From Haliotis cracherodii (Eukaryota), in assembly GCF_022045235.1 (NCBI RefSeq), contig NW_027266270.1, positions 27,156,001 to 27,220,000 of the forward strand: 64,000 nucleotides of DNA. The letters run 5' to 3'. Below the pieces are notes generated by a model. It saw only the letters and a program-made list of their open reading frames with translations, had not been told where the DNA came from and searched no databases. The position numbers and the translations under genes are program-made. Each line of letters starts with the position of its first letter. Positions within the stretch are counted from its first letter, which is position 1. Shown piece after piece: positions 1 through 12,054 of this stretch.

Positions 1-951
1 ACATAACTGGATATTACTTTTAAAGAGAATTGGTGCTTGAATAAAAAATCTGTCTATTTAGCTATCACTATATTTCATCAACAACCAGACCTGTTCGTCA
101 CAGGTGGAACGAGCATTCATTGTAACAGCCATCTGCATAATGCTACCCCTGCGTCACAAGGCCATATGAGACGGTTGAACCAGTCAACTCAACCCGAAAG
201 GTTGCATGGGAATCACGCACGCACGCACGAATACCGTGTTAGCGTTCGGCTTCTCAAGCAGTTATTTAATAATATTTATCCAATTATTTTTGCATTCTTT
301 TTCAGGTCAGTGTTATTGACTTGAATGTATTATTCCTTGCCACATTATTATATTTCATGCATCATGTTATTAGGTGTAATATATCATACGTAATTATTCA
401 TTTAGACAAATCATTGCTTTATGGTTTCGAAGAAAATATTTTAATATTTTCGTAGATGAATCGACCCTTTTGTCTTTTTGTACTGATATCCAAATTTGGA
501 AAGAAGTTTCCAAATGGTCCATTTGGAAATATCTAAGTCATGCTCTGTAAGGAGAATTTGTTTTAGTTTTCATGTTGAAATAAATTCATTTTCTCGTGTT
601 AACCGCCGAATCAAGTCCCTGACAACTTTCTTATCAAAGACTATAGCTCCCTCTATGCTTGGGTTTATGTCAGACTTGTGGCTTGAAATACACTTACATT
701 TATTAGTGATAAACTGATATACCCCCCCGCCCCCATCTTCCCCCATGTTAACTCAGAACCAACCTGAACATGTCCATTCCCCCACCAATCTGCCCCATCT
801 TTAACCATACATACTTGGGGAGACGATGAAACACTTGTCAGGGTTATTATAGTTGATTTGCAAAGTTGTACTGGAGCAAAATTCTACCTTCATTTGCTTA
901 GATAAGACATTAAAAATATGTTAAATTAGAACCAACCTGGACATGTCCTTT

Positions 952-1215
952 CCCCTACCAATCTGCTCCATGTTAAACTGTACTTACCCTGGGAGACTAT
1001 GAAACACATGCCCACCTCCACCCCCACCAATCTGCTCCATGTTAAACTGTACTTACCCAGGGAGGTGATGAAACACATGCCCACCTCCACCCCCACCAAT
1101 CTGCTCCTTGTTAAGCCGTACTTACCCAGGGAGGTGATGAAACACTTGCCCACCTCCACCCCCACCAATCTGCTCCTTGTTAAACCGTACTTACCCAGGG
1201 AGGTGATGAAACACT
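952..1215. repeat. 69-bp minisatellite, about 3.8 copies, with a diverged extra unit at about 779-838
   Basis: The motif cccccaccaatctgctcc recurs at 952, 1021, 1090 and 1159, which explains the 23-aa periodic ORFs on both strands. Confidence 0.95.
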
Positions 1216-1587
1216 TTGACACTTTGACAGACTTACAGCTGTATGCAACTTGCAGCAGGATAAAGTCTGATCGCCATTAGTTCTTCTTGAGACATTTGCC
1301 ACACCAGACAGTCAACACTTTCTGAATTATTCTGGAAAGTTCAATTTTAAAACCTATAAATATACATGTTTTACTGTTTTTAAAAAATCTGAAATCAGTT
1401 TATGACATTTCCACTTGTTTATTTAATTAGTAAGGATGAAATAGGCTGAAAAAAATTGTGCTGCTCCAACCGTTTCACTGCTTACTGAAATCTGACTTAC
1501 ATGCTCATTAAGTAGTAGGCCTTGTTCCACAAAGCTGACTTAGCAATTACATAGAGAGTATCACGAGAATTTCTTTGGATATTACAT

Positions 1588-1654
1588 GTATCAACATGAG
1601 TTGATTAAAACTTTAAAACTCTGACGTAAAACTTTGATCAACAAGTGTTGATAT
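1588..1654. repeat. Imperfect palindrome, probably a relic of a palindromic non-autonomous DNA element
   Basis: The arms tatcaacatgagttgattaaa and tttgatcaacaagtgttgata are reverse complements with a few mismatches. Confidence 0.6.
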
Positions 1655-2319
1655 ATTTCCTGTGCATAAAATGGACTATTGAGGGAGTCATCAATATTTA
1701 AATATGGGTAAATATTTTTCAAGTTTGTACAATTTATCATCATCCTTAAAGAGGCTGGACATAATGTTGATGTCTCATATAATAAATAAATGACTTGCGG
1801 TCATTGTTTATTGTACAATAAAAGACTGCAGTGTGTCATTGTACTATAAACAATTCCAACTTGTTTATTTCTAAAATATAGGGGTTTCCCAATGTGTTGC
1901 CATTTCTGTAGACATATATGTTTGCAAGTCATTTGGCACTGATTGATAATTTGGGCATTTCACTTGAACATTGTATTCATATGCAGATTCATTGATTATT
2001 AAATGATAGAGAGATTATCACCCTCATGTTATAACATGATAATCATCATAGTTCTGATATCGTTTGAAGGACAAGCCCTAGAAGAGTTCTTACACTGAAG
2101 TCAATAAGTAGATCTTTGGACAATATTGTACATTATAAATGCAAGAGTTTTGGGTCCAGGTGTAATTTATAAACGAGACAGACCTAATTTTGTAACGTTG
2201 ACCCACATTGTGGATTCTGGGACAGAATGGATCCCTAGACACTAATGTTTGTTGTACATGGTGCCTAAATTAATCAAGTGTCATTATACTCTGAATTCAT
2301 GAAAAAAGTATTACAATTA

Positions 2320-2600
2320 TAATTACAATTATGAAATCAATGATAATAACAATGATATCACAATAATGATAAAAACAAGACGACAACAAAGACAGAAAAT
2401 ATTAACAATGATAAAATCCAACACAGAAAAGTGATCATTAGGACAACATTAATGACAGTGACAACACAATTATAAAAGAACAAGACTAATAATAACGGTA
2501 AACAAGGACAGCAGTGACCACAACAATAACAATTGTAAAGAGACAACAAATGATGACAATAATGATGACAGCTACTGTAGCAATAATATGTCAGCAATAA
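2320..2600. repeat. Degenerate (AAC/AAT/GAC)n low-complexity tract
   Basis: Cryptic trinucleotide periodicity with an A-rich top strand. Confidence 0.7.
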
Positions 2601-2623
2601 GACTGTTTCTGTTTACACAGCAG

Positions 2624-2790
2624 TCAGCAATATTCCAGGTGTATGCCAGGGGCCTAGCTGTCAGTAATCAAGTCTGAACCAGAGAAACCAGTGGTTGATA
2701 TTCTGAGCAAAAATCCATGATCAGGATACGGTGAAATGCAGTCCACCCAGTCACAACCTTGATCACCCAATCCCTAGGTTGCTGTGTCGT
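2624..2790 (-). mobile_element. Old family B retroposon fragment
   Basis: cagcaatattccagg...aatcaagtctgaaccaga...ccagtggttga is a diverged reverse complement of the copy at 52677-52941. Confidence 0.65.
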
Positions 2791-2895
2791 CATGGTTATT
2801 TTTATTTTTTATTCAAAATCATTGTCATTTTCGTTATTCCTGTTATAGTTGGTAATTATGTTGGTTGGCCACCCCCTACTCGACTCTCTGTCCTG

Positions 2896-3002
2896 GGCCC
2901 ACTTGCACAAAGTGATCTTAGCGTTAAGATTATTGTAAGCCTATGTTAAAGTATGGGAGTTACGATCATCTTAGCGCTAAGATTGTTTTGTGCAATTGGG
3001 CC
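2896..3002. mobile_element. 107-bp PIF/Harbinger-type MITE, copy 1
   Basis: Imperfect TIRs of about 34 bp (ggcccacttgcacaaag...ttgtgcaattgggcc) with CTG on both sides (2893-2895 and 3003-3005). A second copy of the same length lies at 29396. Confidence 0.85.
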
Positions 3003-3749
3003 CTGGTGATATATGGAATCTGAGGTCTGATTTCCCTGGTTTGTCTCCTCACTGCTTTTTCTCTACCGACCGCCCAAAGTAGAGACGTAAATTAAACACG
3101 CCTATCCATCATCGTTGATGGTGAGGAACAGAGCCGTGGACAAGGTACTGGTTGCAGTTCTCTGTCCATTTAGTTATGTTAATGTTTTTTGGGTAATCAC
3201 CAACCCTGGCACAGCCTGAGCAGCCTGAGCAGAGAAACAACATGTAATGGACCCCAGGGGATGCTTACAAAACAATGGAAAAAGTTTGTAAATTAGCACA
3301 CATTATTGCCAAGATTGTGATGTCAAAAAGCATTAAGTAGGATATGCAGTTTTATTACTTTGAAGGTTATTTTGGGTTGTGTAATTCCGCTGCTCTTCCG
3401 AGCAGAACGTTGAGGCCATTAGGTAGAAGGCTTTCTCAGTCATACATAAGTAGAAGGATCTGTTAAGCTGAAAAGAAATTGAAGAGATCTTTCAGAAATG
3501 TAGACCTTTTAACATAACTATGTGGCTGTTTTCAATTTTGTCTGAAACTATTAAGAGGTGAAAGTAAATTATTTGCAAAATGTGCCCAAAAAAGTAACAT
3601 CTCTGATATTTTAGTCATGAGCTAAAGTCAACTGAGGGGATTGAGTCAATTAGTCAGTGTTTATTTTAGAATGGTAATGATAGACATTCACAGATCTTTA
3701 ATCAGTTTACTAGTCTCTCTTACAGACCCCAGGGCATATATCTAATTTG

Positions 3750-4091
3750 TTTGGTTGCTTGTTGATGAATGTCACACTCAGCAATATTCCAGCAATATTC
3801 CAGCAATATGAGGGGTGGTCGGGTAGCCTAGTGGTTAAAGCGTTCGCTCGTCAAGCCGAAGACCCGGGTTCAATTCCTGACATGGGTACAATGTGTGAAG
3901 CCCATTTCTGGTGTCCCCCACCGTGATAAGCGGCGTAAAACCATACTCACTCACTCCAGCAATATGACATGTCTGTAAATGATCAAGTCTGGACTAGATG
4001 ATCCAGTGGTTGACGTCATGAACCGTAAGTCACATTACAACATTTTAGTATAGGTTACTGACGACCAATTCAAACCCAGATCTTCGAGGAC
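3750..4091 (-). mobile_element. Family B retroposon interrupted by a family A SINE
   Basis: Matches the reverse complement of family B on both sides of the SINE A insertion, with a head remnant ctgacgaccaattcaaacccagatcttc at about 4058-4085. Confidence 0.75.
3812..3954 (+). mobile_element. tRNA-derived SINE family A, internally deleted and nested in family B
   Basis: A box tagcctagtgg, B box ggttcaattcc, (ACTC)n tail and a 13-bp TSD tccagcaatatga at 3799-3811 and 3955-3967. Confidence 0.92.
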
Positions 4092-5466
4092 TTATATTTA
4101 ATCATATTTTTTTATTCATGTTTGTAACCAAACAATCACCATATTCCATTCTCATCCTATTCTCAGCTCTAGCAACCTACACTCAACCCATTCTTAGCTG
4201 TTACTCTGAAGTTACTGGTAAGAAACTTGAGTGTTCCTTTAGCCTCCCTTATTAATATTTTTATTTAACCTTATACATTACTGTATTTCAGGGACTAAAT
4301 GTTAGTCTATCAGTTTATCAACATGAAATGGTATTTGTCTTCAGTTCTGGCCAGTATATGGCATTACATGGCTTGTGGACAGACCGATCATGTCATCAGT
4401 TCTCATTGCTTGTAATTGTTTTGTTCAGACCAATCACTCATCAATAATAATATACAGCAAGCATTTTGTGTACAGAGTTTGCATGTACCTGCTGTTATGA
4501 TTTGATGGGTTTTTTCAAATCATTCCTTCAGGGGAAACTGGCTTGTTTGGTGCGCATCAATGACGGAAGTATTTATGCATATGACTGGTTCGACATTTAA
4601 GATACACATTTATTCTTATGAACTTTGCTTTCTAAAATAAAAACATTCTGATGTTGTCTGTTTTCGCACATATCCACAGCCCTATCCCTAGTTATTGTAT
4701 GTATAGACATAAAGTGATGATGTCACATGTACTGTTTTCAGAGAGGCTGTCGGGCAGTCTTTTCTTCAGTGTCAGTGATGTCAACAAATGAAGACAAACA
4801 TTCACTATCTATATTTCTACAGTATTCACTATGCTAAAAAAACTTGGGGAAGAGACAATCTCATAAAATTAAAATAAACGGTATTAAAAAAGTATAAGTT
4901 ACCCCTTCTGCTACACATATCCTATGATGTCAAAGACACATGCCTGATCAGTTTAATCGTAAAGAAAATTTAAGGAAAATATAGAGTTCTATTTGGCAGG
5001 GTCATTTATTTATTTTAATTTTTATATCGATTTACTTTTCTAAGTTTTAAGGCTCCTTATTTTTGTTACTGTCAATGTTGTTTTTAAGAATAACTTTTAT
5101 TATATGTGCAATCAAGGAAACACTTCTTATCGTATGTGGACATAAAGCCAATGTTTTTTGTGTGTGATTCTTGCCAAATGAAGTTATCACACTTTATATT
5201 TCTTTCATGCTTGCGCTGAGCTTACATTCCAGAGGGGAATAAGGTGTCCCAAAATGAAGTCATTTAAAAGCTGCTACAGTTGTGGCAAGAGATGATTCGT
5301 GGTACTAACAATACAATTATCATACATATATTGAAGCAATATATCCTTCAGGGTAAATATGACTTGAAAAGTTTGAAATTATGTGTTGATGGTGGTCATG
5401 CATGTGGGAAGTTGTGGAAGTTTGCTGCAGAGTTGCATCCCTTGGGCATTCCAGAAACGTATGATT

Positions 5467-6564
5467 CTTGCAAATACTCTACCTCTATTACATCATTGCC
5501 AAATTCCTGTATTTTGGCTGCAATCACACCAAATCTAATCTTCAGATTTTTCACCCAGAAACAGATGAGGTGAGGGAGGAGGGTGGGAGTACTTCTGATG
5601 TAATAGAGGCAGTATTCTTAGAATTATTAACAATGATAACCATTGTTCCTATAATTCTTGTGAATACTCTACATTTATTATATCACTGCCAGAATGTATC
5701 AGAGGGCTAGGCCGGCTCTGCCTCAAGTGGACGACCAGTGTAGTTGACTGTAGAATTTGTTTTTAATTTGTGTGATTCAATCCCTTAAAGGTTGTTTCCA
5801 ATCCTAAGAGTGTAACAAACTATTGAATCACCTCAAGAGGACTTGAAAACTCCATGACCACATACAAATATGTGGTACCTTCACTGGAACTACCGTTATG
5901 ATTGTCATTAAATGTAATTAAATGTAAATGATGTCACAGATGTTCAAAAACCTTCCCACAGATCGTCATTTCCATTTCTGTGATGTCACCTCCAGTCTAT
6001 CATACTTCTGGTTTTGACGTCAGTTCTGGTTTTCGTTTCAACAGGACATCATTGCCTGACATCATATTCGGTTTCTGATGTTACTTCTGGTCACATAGTT
6101 ACTTCCAAATGGGGGCGGTTGGGTAGCCTAGTGGTTAAAGCGTTCGCTCACCACGCCGAAGACCCAGGTTCAATTCCCGACATGGGTACAATGTGTGAAG
6201 CCCATTTCTGGTGTCCCCTGCCGCGATATTGCTGGAATATTGCTAAAAGCGGCGTAAAACCATACTCACTCACTCACTCACTCACTACTTCCAAATGGTT
6301 ATAACATCACTTCCAGTTATCTCGGGTCTATAATGTTAATTCTGGTCTATGACATCATTTCCATTTGTGATGTCACTTCATATCTTAATATTACTTCCTT
6401 ATCTGAAAATAACTTCTGGACATTAATCTACCAGAGGACTTCTGTTGAAAAGTGTGAAGATTAGTTTTGATGTGATTGCAACCAAAATATAGGAATTTAG
6501 CAATGATGTAATAGATGTAGTTTTCTTAGAATTATTTACAATGATAACTATTGTTACTATAATT
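5467..6564. mobile_element. Foldback-like insert with long inverted ends, an internal palindrome and a degenerate ~20-bp repeat
   Basis: 5467-5560 is an imperfect reverse complement of 6440-6531. There is a palindrome at 5596-5685 and tgatgtcacttcc-like units at about 5865-6420. Confidence 0.7.
6111..6285 (+). mobile_element. SINE family A, full length
   Basis: tRNA-Asp-like head, (ACTC)n tail and a 13-bp TSD tacttccaaatgg (6100-6112 and 6286-6298). Confidence 0.95.
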
Positions 6565-7814
6565 GTGGGTTTGAACCCTGGTTTGCCTTGATCATGTTGC
6601 TAGATTTGTCAGCCCAAGACCCGTGCTTGTGGGTTCACCAAAGTGATAAGTGTCTGAACCTGCACCAACTCCAGCTTCCACCCAGATCAGGCTGACATGT
6701 AATTCGACCTCTGTTCAAAATGGAGAAAAACAACTTTCACTACAAACAAACATGCATCTGTACAGTGTAAGCAAATGTCTTCTTAGTAGCCAGAACATGG
6801 CTCCAGCAAACCAGAGAAGAATTTTATGAAGCTGTTAATAAAGAATGACATCATACATGGAATGAAGCTATTACCTGTTTGTGTCAAGTCTGGTCAGTGT
6901 CGTAATGTGCAACATGACATCAATGGCAGAAAAATAGATGCTTCAATTATCCATTACATTCCCTGATTGACTTAAATATTATATTATTTATATTGTAATA
7001 AAATTGGTCTTACCCAGCGAAGTGCATCAAATCACTGGAGCACCTTGATTAAAAACATGAAAGGATGTTGGTGGTACACATGCTTTGCAAATCCTGCAGT
7101 CAACTGAAATCTGAGTTTTGAATCCATATTTATGAACCGTATGCCTTGATCGTTACGTGATTTTGATTGGACTTTGCATAGACTTGTTAGTCCAGCCCAA
7201 ATGGAACTCCAGAATTCCAGCCAAGTTCGGCAAGGGTGGAAACTGGACTTTTATAGTCAGTTAATCCCCTTGTCTCAGGAAGATGTCTGTATCGCATTCA
7301 ATCATATAAACTACTCAAAAGAAGTTTTAAAAAACAGCTGATTCTTTCATATCACTATAGTCAATCTGTCATGCCATGTAGTACATATGTCTGTCTGCCT
7401 GTGCAAAAAATGTTTGATGAGCCATTCCTAGATTCTCCATGTTGTTGTTGTTGTTTGTTTTTTGTTTTTTTTATATTTAAGTGTTAATCCACAGACTATT
7501 CTTATATGATTTTGCAAGGCATAAAGAAATGTTCCTATACTCAATCTTTGGATTATATGTCCATTATCACTTATCCATTATTAATTTTTAATTTCTTTTT
7601 ATCATAATGAAAGTTTCATCTTAGATGTTCAACCAGCTGAAATCTATGTAAAGGCCAGATCCGTTTAATTTTGTTTTTAACGGATATTTTTGAAAACTAT
7701 CCAAGGAAGGAAAAGAATTTGAAGATGAACTTACTGTGTTTTATTTTTAGGGTTTTGAAGGTAGATTGGAAACATGTAAATTTAATTTGAAACGGAATAT
7801 GTTTGCTTACAATA

Positions 7815-8210
7815 CCAACAGGTTTCAAATTTGAGATTTGTGGGGATGTTCTTTGTTTTGTTTTTTGTCGATTTTACTAGATGTGAGTATAAAAAATTAG
7901 CAGGTTTTCAATCGTGATTTGTGGAGTATTTCTTTGTTTCTTTTGTCATTTTTAACGGATATGGATATGAAAAATTAACAGGTTTCAATTTGGGAGTTTG
8001 ATGTGTGTGTTTTTGTCATAGTTTTTAACAGATGTCAAATATTATCAATTAACAGGTTTCGAATTTGTGTGTTTTTGTCATAGATTTTAACAGATGTTAA
8101 ATATTATCAATTAACAGGTTTCAAATTGGGATTTTTTAATGTGTAATTTTTGTTATTGTTTTTTAACAGATATGAATTTGAAATATTAACAGGTTTAGGA
8201 TTGGGATTTG
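7815..8210. repeat. Degenerate 60-80 bp tandem repeat, probably internal to a non-autonomous DNA element starting near 7650
   Basis: Recurrent ttaacaggtttc and ttttaacagat motifs. Confidence 0.6.
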
Positions 8211-9464
8211 GGGAAGGGGGTGGGGGGGGCGCTTTTTTTTTTCCTCATTCAGGTTCACACATATAAAATAATTGTTCACTGGATATAAAAAAGTGTTTGG
8301 TTGGCTCCATTCCACAAAAACGCATGTCTTGAAGCAGTTATAGAAAAGATATTGTAACAAATGTGCCTGGCTCTTCCTCCCGTATGTAAAAGTGTATAAT
8401 CAACAACCATGACCACATCATAGGTACATTACAGCCACATGACACATTTTTCAAATATGTCTAAATATATTCACACTCCAAATTAAAAAATTTATCAGTA
8501 ATCATATCTGGAAATACTACTCGACAGTTTCAATTAAAGCCAAGTAGACACATTTATTGTTCAATAGGCACAAAGTTATTTCTATATATGTCAATATAAG
8601 TAAGTGCGGCGTGACCTTCGACTAGATGAGGAAGTGGCTACATTCTACACAACATGATGGCTGCACGCCATGGAAGTTGTAAGCTACCACATTAGTGTAA
8701 GTATATAAGCACTGCGAGTTCATCAACAGTGTAATACAAACAAGTACAGGAGTTTATCACCTTCATCTGTTGTTCTAGCTGTGTCGCAGTGTTAGTTTAC
8801 ACCATAATTGGCGCCTGATGGAGAGCTTTCTGACTAGCAACCACTGTTATCATTGCAATGGGCTCTTTCCATGCTCATTAAGATATTTCTGCAATTGCTT
8901 TTCTAAACCAGTCTGCATGATACCGTAGCTGTTCTTGAAGTAGTTTGCTTTTTTATTGAATTTCATCTAATTAATTTCAATTACATGAACAGCATGTTTC
9001 AATGGTGTGTCTGTGTTTCGTCAAGATCTGTTAAAATGTTGAAAATTTCAACAAGGACACAAAGGAAATGATTCTAAGGCCAGATATTATGCAATCTCGT
9101 TGTTTATCAGAATAAACCTTTTTTTGTGGGACTGACAATGATGATAATCAGGCCAGGCCAATTCTGTTGACTTGTATCACAGATTATGTTTGTCAATATG
9201 CCAGCATGAAGGTGAATGTAAATCTGTTCTCCTGTCCACAAGTTGTTCCTGGCGCACAAATAGGAGACACAATAACATATTCAAACATTGTTATTGTTGT
9301 TGTTATTAAATTCAGGGCAGAGATGTCTGCAAAAAAGTAAACAAGTAATAACCAAAACATATTTGTTGGTTTTTTATAATTTATTTCTGCTATTTTGATG
9401 ATGAACAGGCTGGTTAATGTATATTCTTTATAATGGCTTAGCTTCAGATTAATATTTTGCAAAG

Positions 9465-9663
9465 GGGGCGGTCGGGTAGCCTGGTTGTTAAAGCGTTTGC
9501 TCGTCACGCTGTAGACCCGGGTTCGATTTCGCTCGTCAAGCCGAAGACCCGGGTTCGATTTCCTATTTTGGGTACAATGTGTGAAGCCCATTTCTGGTGT
9601 CCCCCGCCGTGATATTGCTGGAATATTACTAAAAGCGGCATAAAACCAAACTCACTCACTCAC
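9465..9663 (+). mobile_element. SINE family A with a 32-bp internal tandem duplication that includes the B box
   Basis: 12-bp TSD tattttgcaaag (9453-9464 and 9664-9675). The segment 9499-9530 is repeated at 9531-9562. Confidence 0.93.
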
Positions 9664-9952
9664 TATTTTGCAAAGTGCCAATAACATTATTAATGAACAG
9701 TTTTGAGGAAAGCATGATGTGATAATCTAATGAAAAATTCCAGGAAGCTGGGATGCAACCTTTAATGACCCAAATTATTTTATTTTCTTTAACAAGGAAG
9801 TTTACCATAGTGCATTAACATTAGCCTAACCTCTTCCCTTTGTGTTGATGTGACAAATAAGAAACAGGGAATGTCTCAAAACTTTATTTCTTAGTTTTGA
9901 TTTCCCAGGATTAAAAATAGTAAATACACAATTCAAAATGAATGCATATTAG

Positions 9953-10112
9953 GTCACAGTGGGGTCGCCTTGTGGTTAAAACATTTGCTTGTCAAGCCAA
10001 AGCCCCGGGTTTGATTCCCCACTTGAGTACAATGTGTGCAGCCTATGTTTGGCATCCCTTGCCATGCTATTGATGGAACATTGATGAAGTGTCATAAAAC
10101 CATACTCACACA
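9953..10112 (+). mobile_element. SINE family A, diverged
   Basis: Recognisable head, tacaatgtgtg core and aaaccatactcac tail. Confidence 0.8.
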
Positions 10113-10722
10113 CGGATGAAGTTTAAAGTTGGTGGATGTTTCAATTTTTGATTGAGAAACATACACATATTTCTGAATAAGCCTGAAACTTATCAACAAT
10201 GTCTGCACATGACATATAGGGTTTTGAAAGAAATTGTTGAAACCAAACTTGGAACTAAATCGGCACTTAACAAATTAACTGCTATGGTCTATTTACTTGG
10301 CAAAGTTTGCACACAGACCAAACTGTATTCCTTACCCTTCCTTTCCCCTATTCCTATTTTTAATATTTTGAAATTCAATAAATATCAAGAAAGATAAAAA
10401 AAGGAACTCTTGGTCAGCAAAATATTTCGGAATACTTTTAGATTTTCCTTGATAGGTTTTAAGCATAATGAGTTTTTTAAGCCATCCATTTTCTTGTAGA
10501 CTGTGGAATAATAGATGAGTAAAACACATCTCTTAATTTCTTGATATATTTCCCACTTTTTCAAACAGTGGAGCAGGTGGATACCCAATCCAGATATACT
10601 ACCCCACTTTCCATAGAATTTTTTTTTTTTTTTATGTTTCTATGATACACAAAACTGATTCTCATATGTCAAGTGTATATTTAAATAGAATAACATATCA
10701 GATTATCCCTGTCAAAAGTTGA

Positions 10723-10873
10723 TCATGTCATTGTATCCCAATTGCGTGGATCGATGCTCATTATATCAATCACTGGATTGTCTGGTCCTGACTCGATTAT
10801 TTACAGACCGCCGTCATATTGCTGGATTATTGCTGAGTGCGGCGTAAAACAACCAACCAACCAACCATCCAAC
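10723..10873 (+). mobile_element. Family B retroposon, 5'-truncated
   Basis: 3' half of family B with an (AACC)n tail and a 10-bp TSD caaaagttga (10713-10722 and 10874-10883). Confidence 0.9.
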
Positions 10874-11087
10874 CAAAAGTTGACTAGTATGATAAAGAAA
10901 GGTAGAAAAGAAATTTGTAGTAGATGGTATGTATCTTGTAAAATGAAAAGCCTTCATAAAGTAGACTGGACTGAGTTTAGATATTGGCTAGCCTCATCAA
11001 TTATCAGTAATATTCATCTTACCTGCATGCAGACAGCTGATGTATACTGCTTATAGAAGTTAAAGAACAACCAATTCTTTTCATGTG

Positions 11088-11367
11088 GGGGGCACGGGTG
11101 GCCATGTCGTCTATGGCGCCGTGATTTGCTGTGCAGAGTTGCGTCCTTTGGGCATGCCAGAAACCTATGATTGTGGGTTCGAATACCGGTTCGCCCCGAT
11201 TATGTTTCTAGGTTTGTCAGCACCATACCTGTGCTCGTGGGTTTCACCGTAGTGGTAAACGTCTGAGACCTGCATCACTTTGGGCTTTCCTCCCACATGA
11301 AGCTGACACGCCGCAATATAACTGGAATACTGTTAAAAGCGGGGTTAAACCCAACTCACTCACTCAC
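11088..11367 (+). mobile_element. SINE family C, full length
   Basis: tRNA-like A box (gtggccatgtcgtcta) and a distant B box (ggttcgaatacc), the shared 3' tail, and a 12-bp TSD tcttttcatgtg (11076-11087 and 11368-11379). Confidence 0.9.
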
Positions 11368-11604
11368 TCTTTTCATGTGACTATAGTTAATCTGTCATAA
11401 GTGATACACTGTGGCATGACTCCCGTGCTCAACAGAACCAGGCTGCTACAATATTATACACAGCAGGGATGGAAATGTTATGTTTTTTTAAAGTGTGCCA
11501 CAGGGCTCTCATAAAGATGGTTTATTGTGTCATTTGGAATATAAGTGTGACAACTGGAAGAAGACTTTTGGTGCATCCTTGAACTCATTTAATGTCATCG
11601 ACCT

Positions 11605-11792
11605 TGGTATAGTGGACAGAGCGCCTGCCCAGGAGAGAGGAAGGTCTGATACCCGGGTTACATTATACCAAAGACATTAAAAGATGCCTGACTTTTGGTC
11701 AGTTAATGTTTCTGAGTGGGTTGCCCAACTGCAGGCTGGTATCGCCGTGGGCTGGCACTATAACTAGTGGTACAAGCAGCTACACACATGCA
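11605..11792 (+). mobile_element. SINE family D (Meta/MESC-like core), diverged
   Basis: Head tagtggacagagcgcctgccc, followed by ataccaaagacattaaaa and gtgggctggcactata, paralleling 51128-51400. Confidence 0.6.
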
Positions 11793-12054
11793 GTCAAACT
11801 CTGTTTCACTTCTCCTCACATTTCACCATGAGCTCTATATAAGCTGTTGTAATTTCAAAAGTTTTCTCCCTTGATTGAGATTAATAACCCCATTTTTAAT
11901 TTCTGAATTCTCAAAAAAAAATTTTGAATCATACTTTTCATTGAGAGTGTTCAAACTTTCATCAATGTGTTTGTCTTGTATATTTGTACAAAAGGACATT
12001 GATCACTGGCTTCATATGATAAACATTGTCACAATGTATTGATGTTAAAATTAA

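Larger units (their letters stand above)
5385..6720 (+). mobile_element. Family C SINE split by a 1.1-kb insert (SINE halves at about 5385-5466 and 6565-6720)
   Basis: The halves join to give cagaaac.tatgatt|gtgggtt.gaa, as in the intact copy at 11088-11367. Confidence 0.75.

Noticed and set aside
1518-1548. Third copy of the 107-bp Harbinger MITE
   Set aside because: Only a short left-TIR-like match (ggccttgttccacaaagc) is present, with no right end.
6111-6190. tRNA-Asp gene
   Set aside because: The acceptor stem is not intact, there is no poly-T terminator, and the sequence continues into a SINE body flanked by TSDs. The same applies to the other family A heads.
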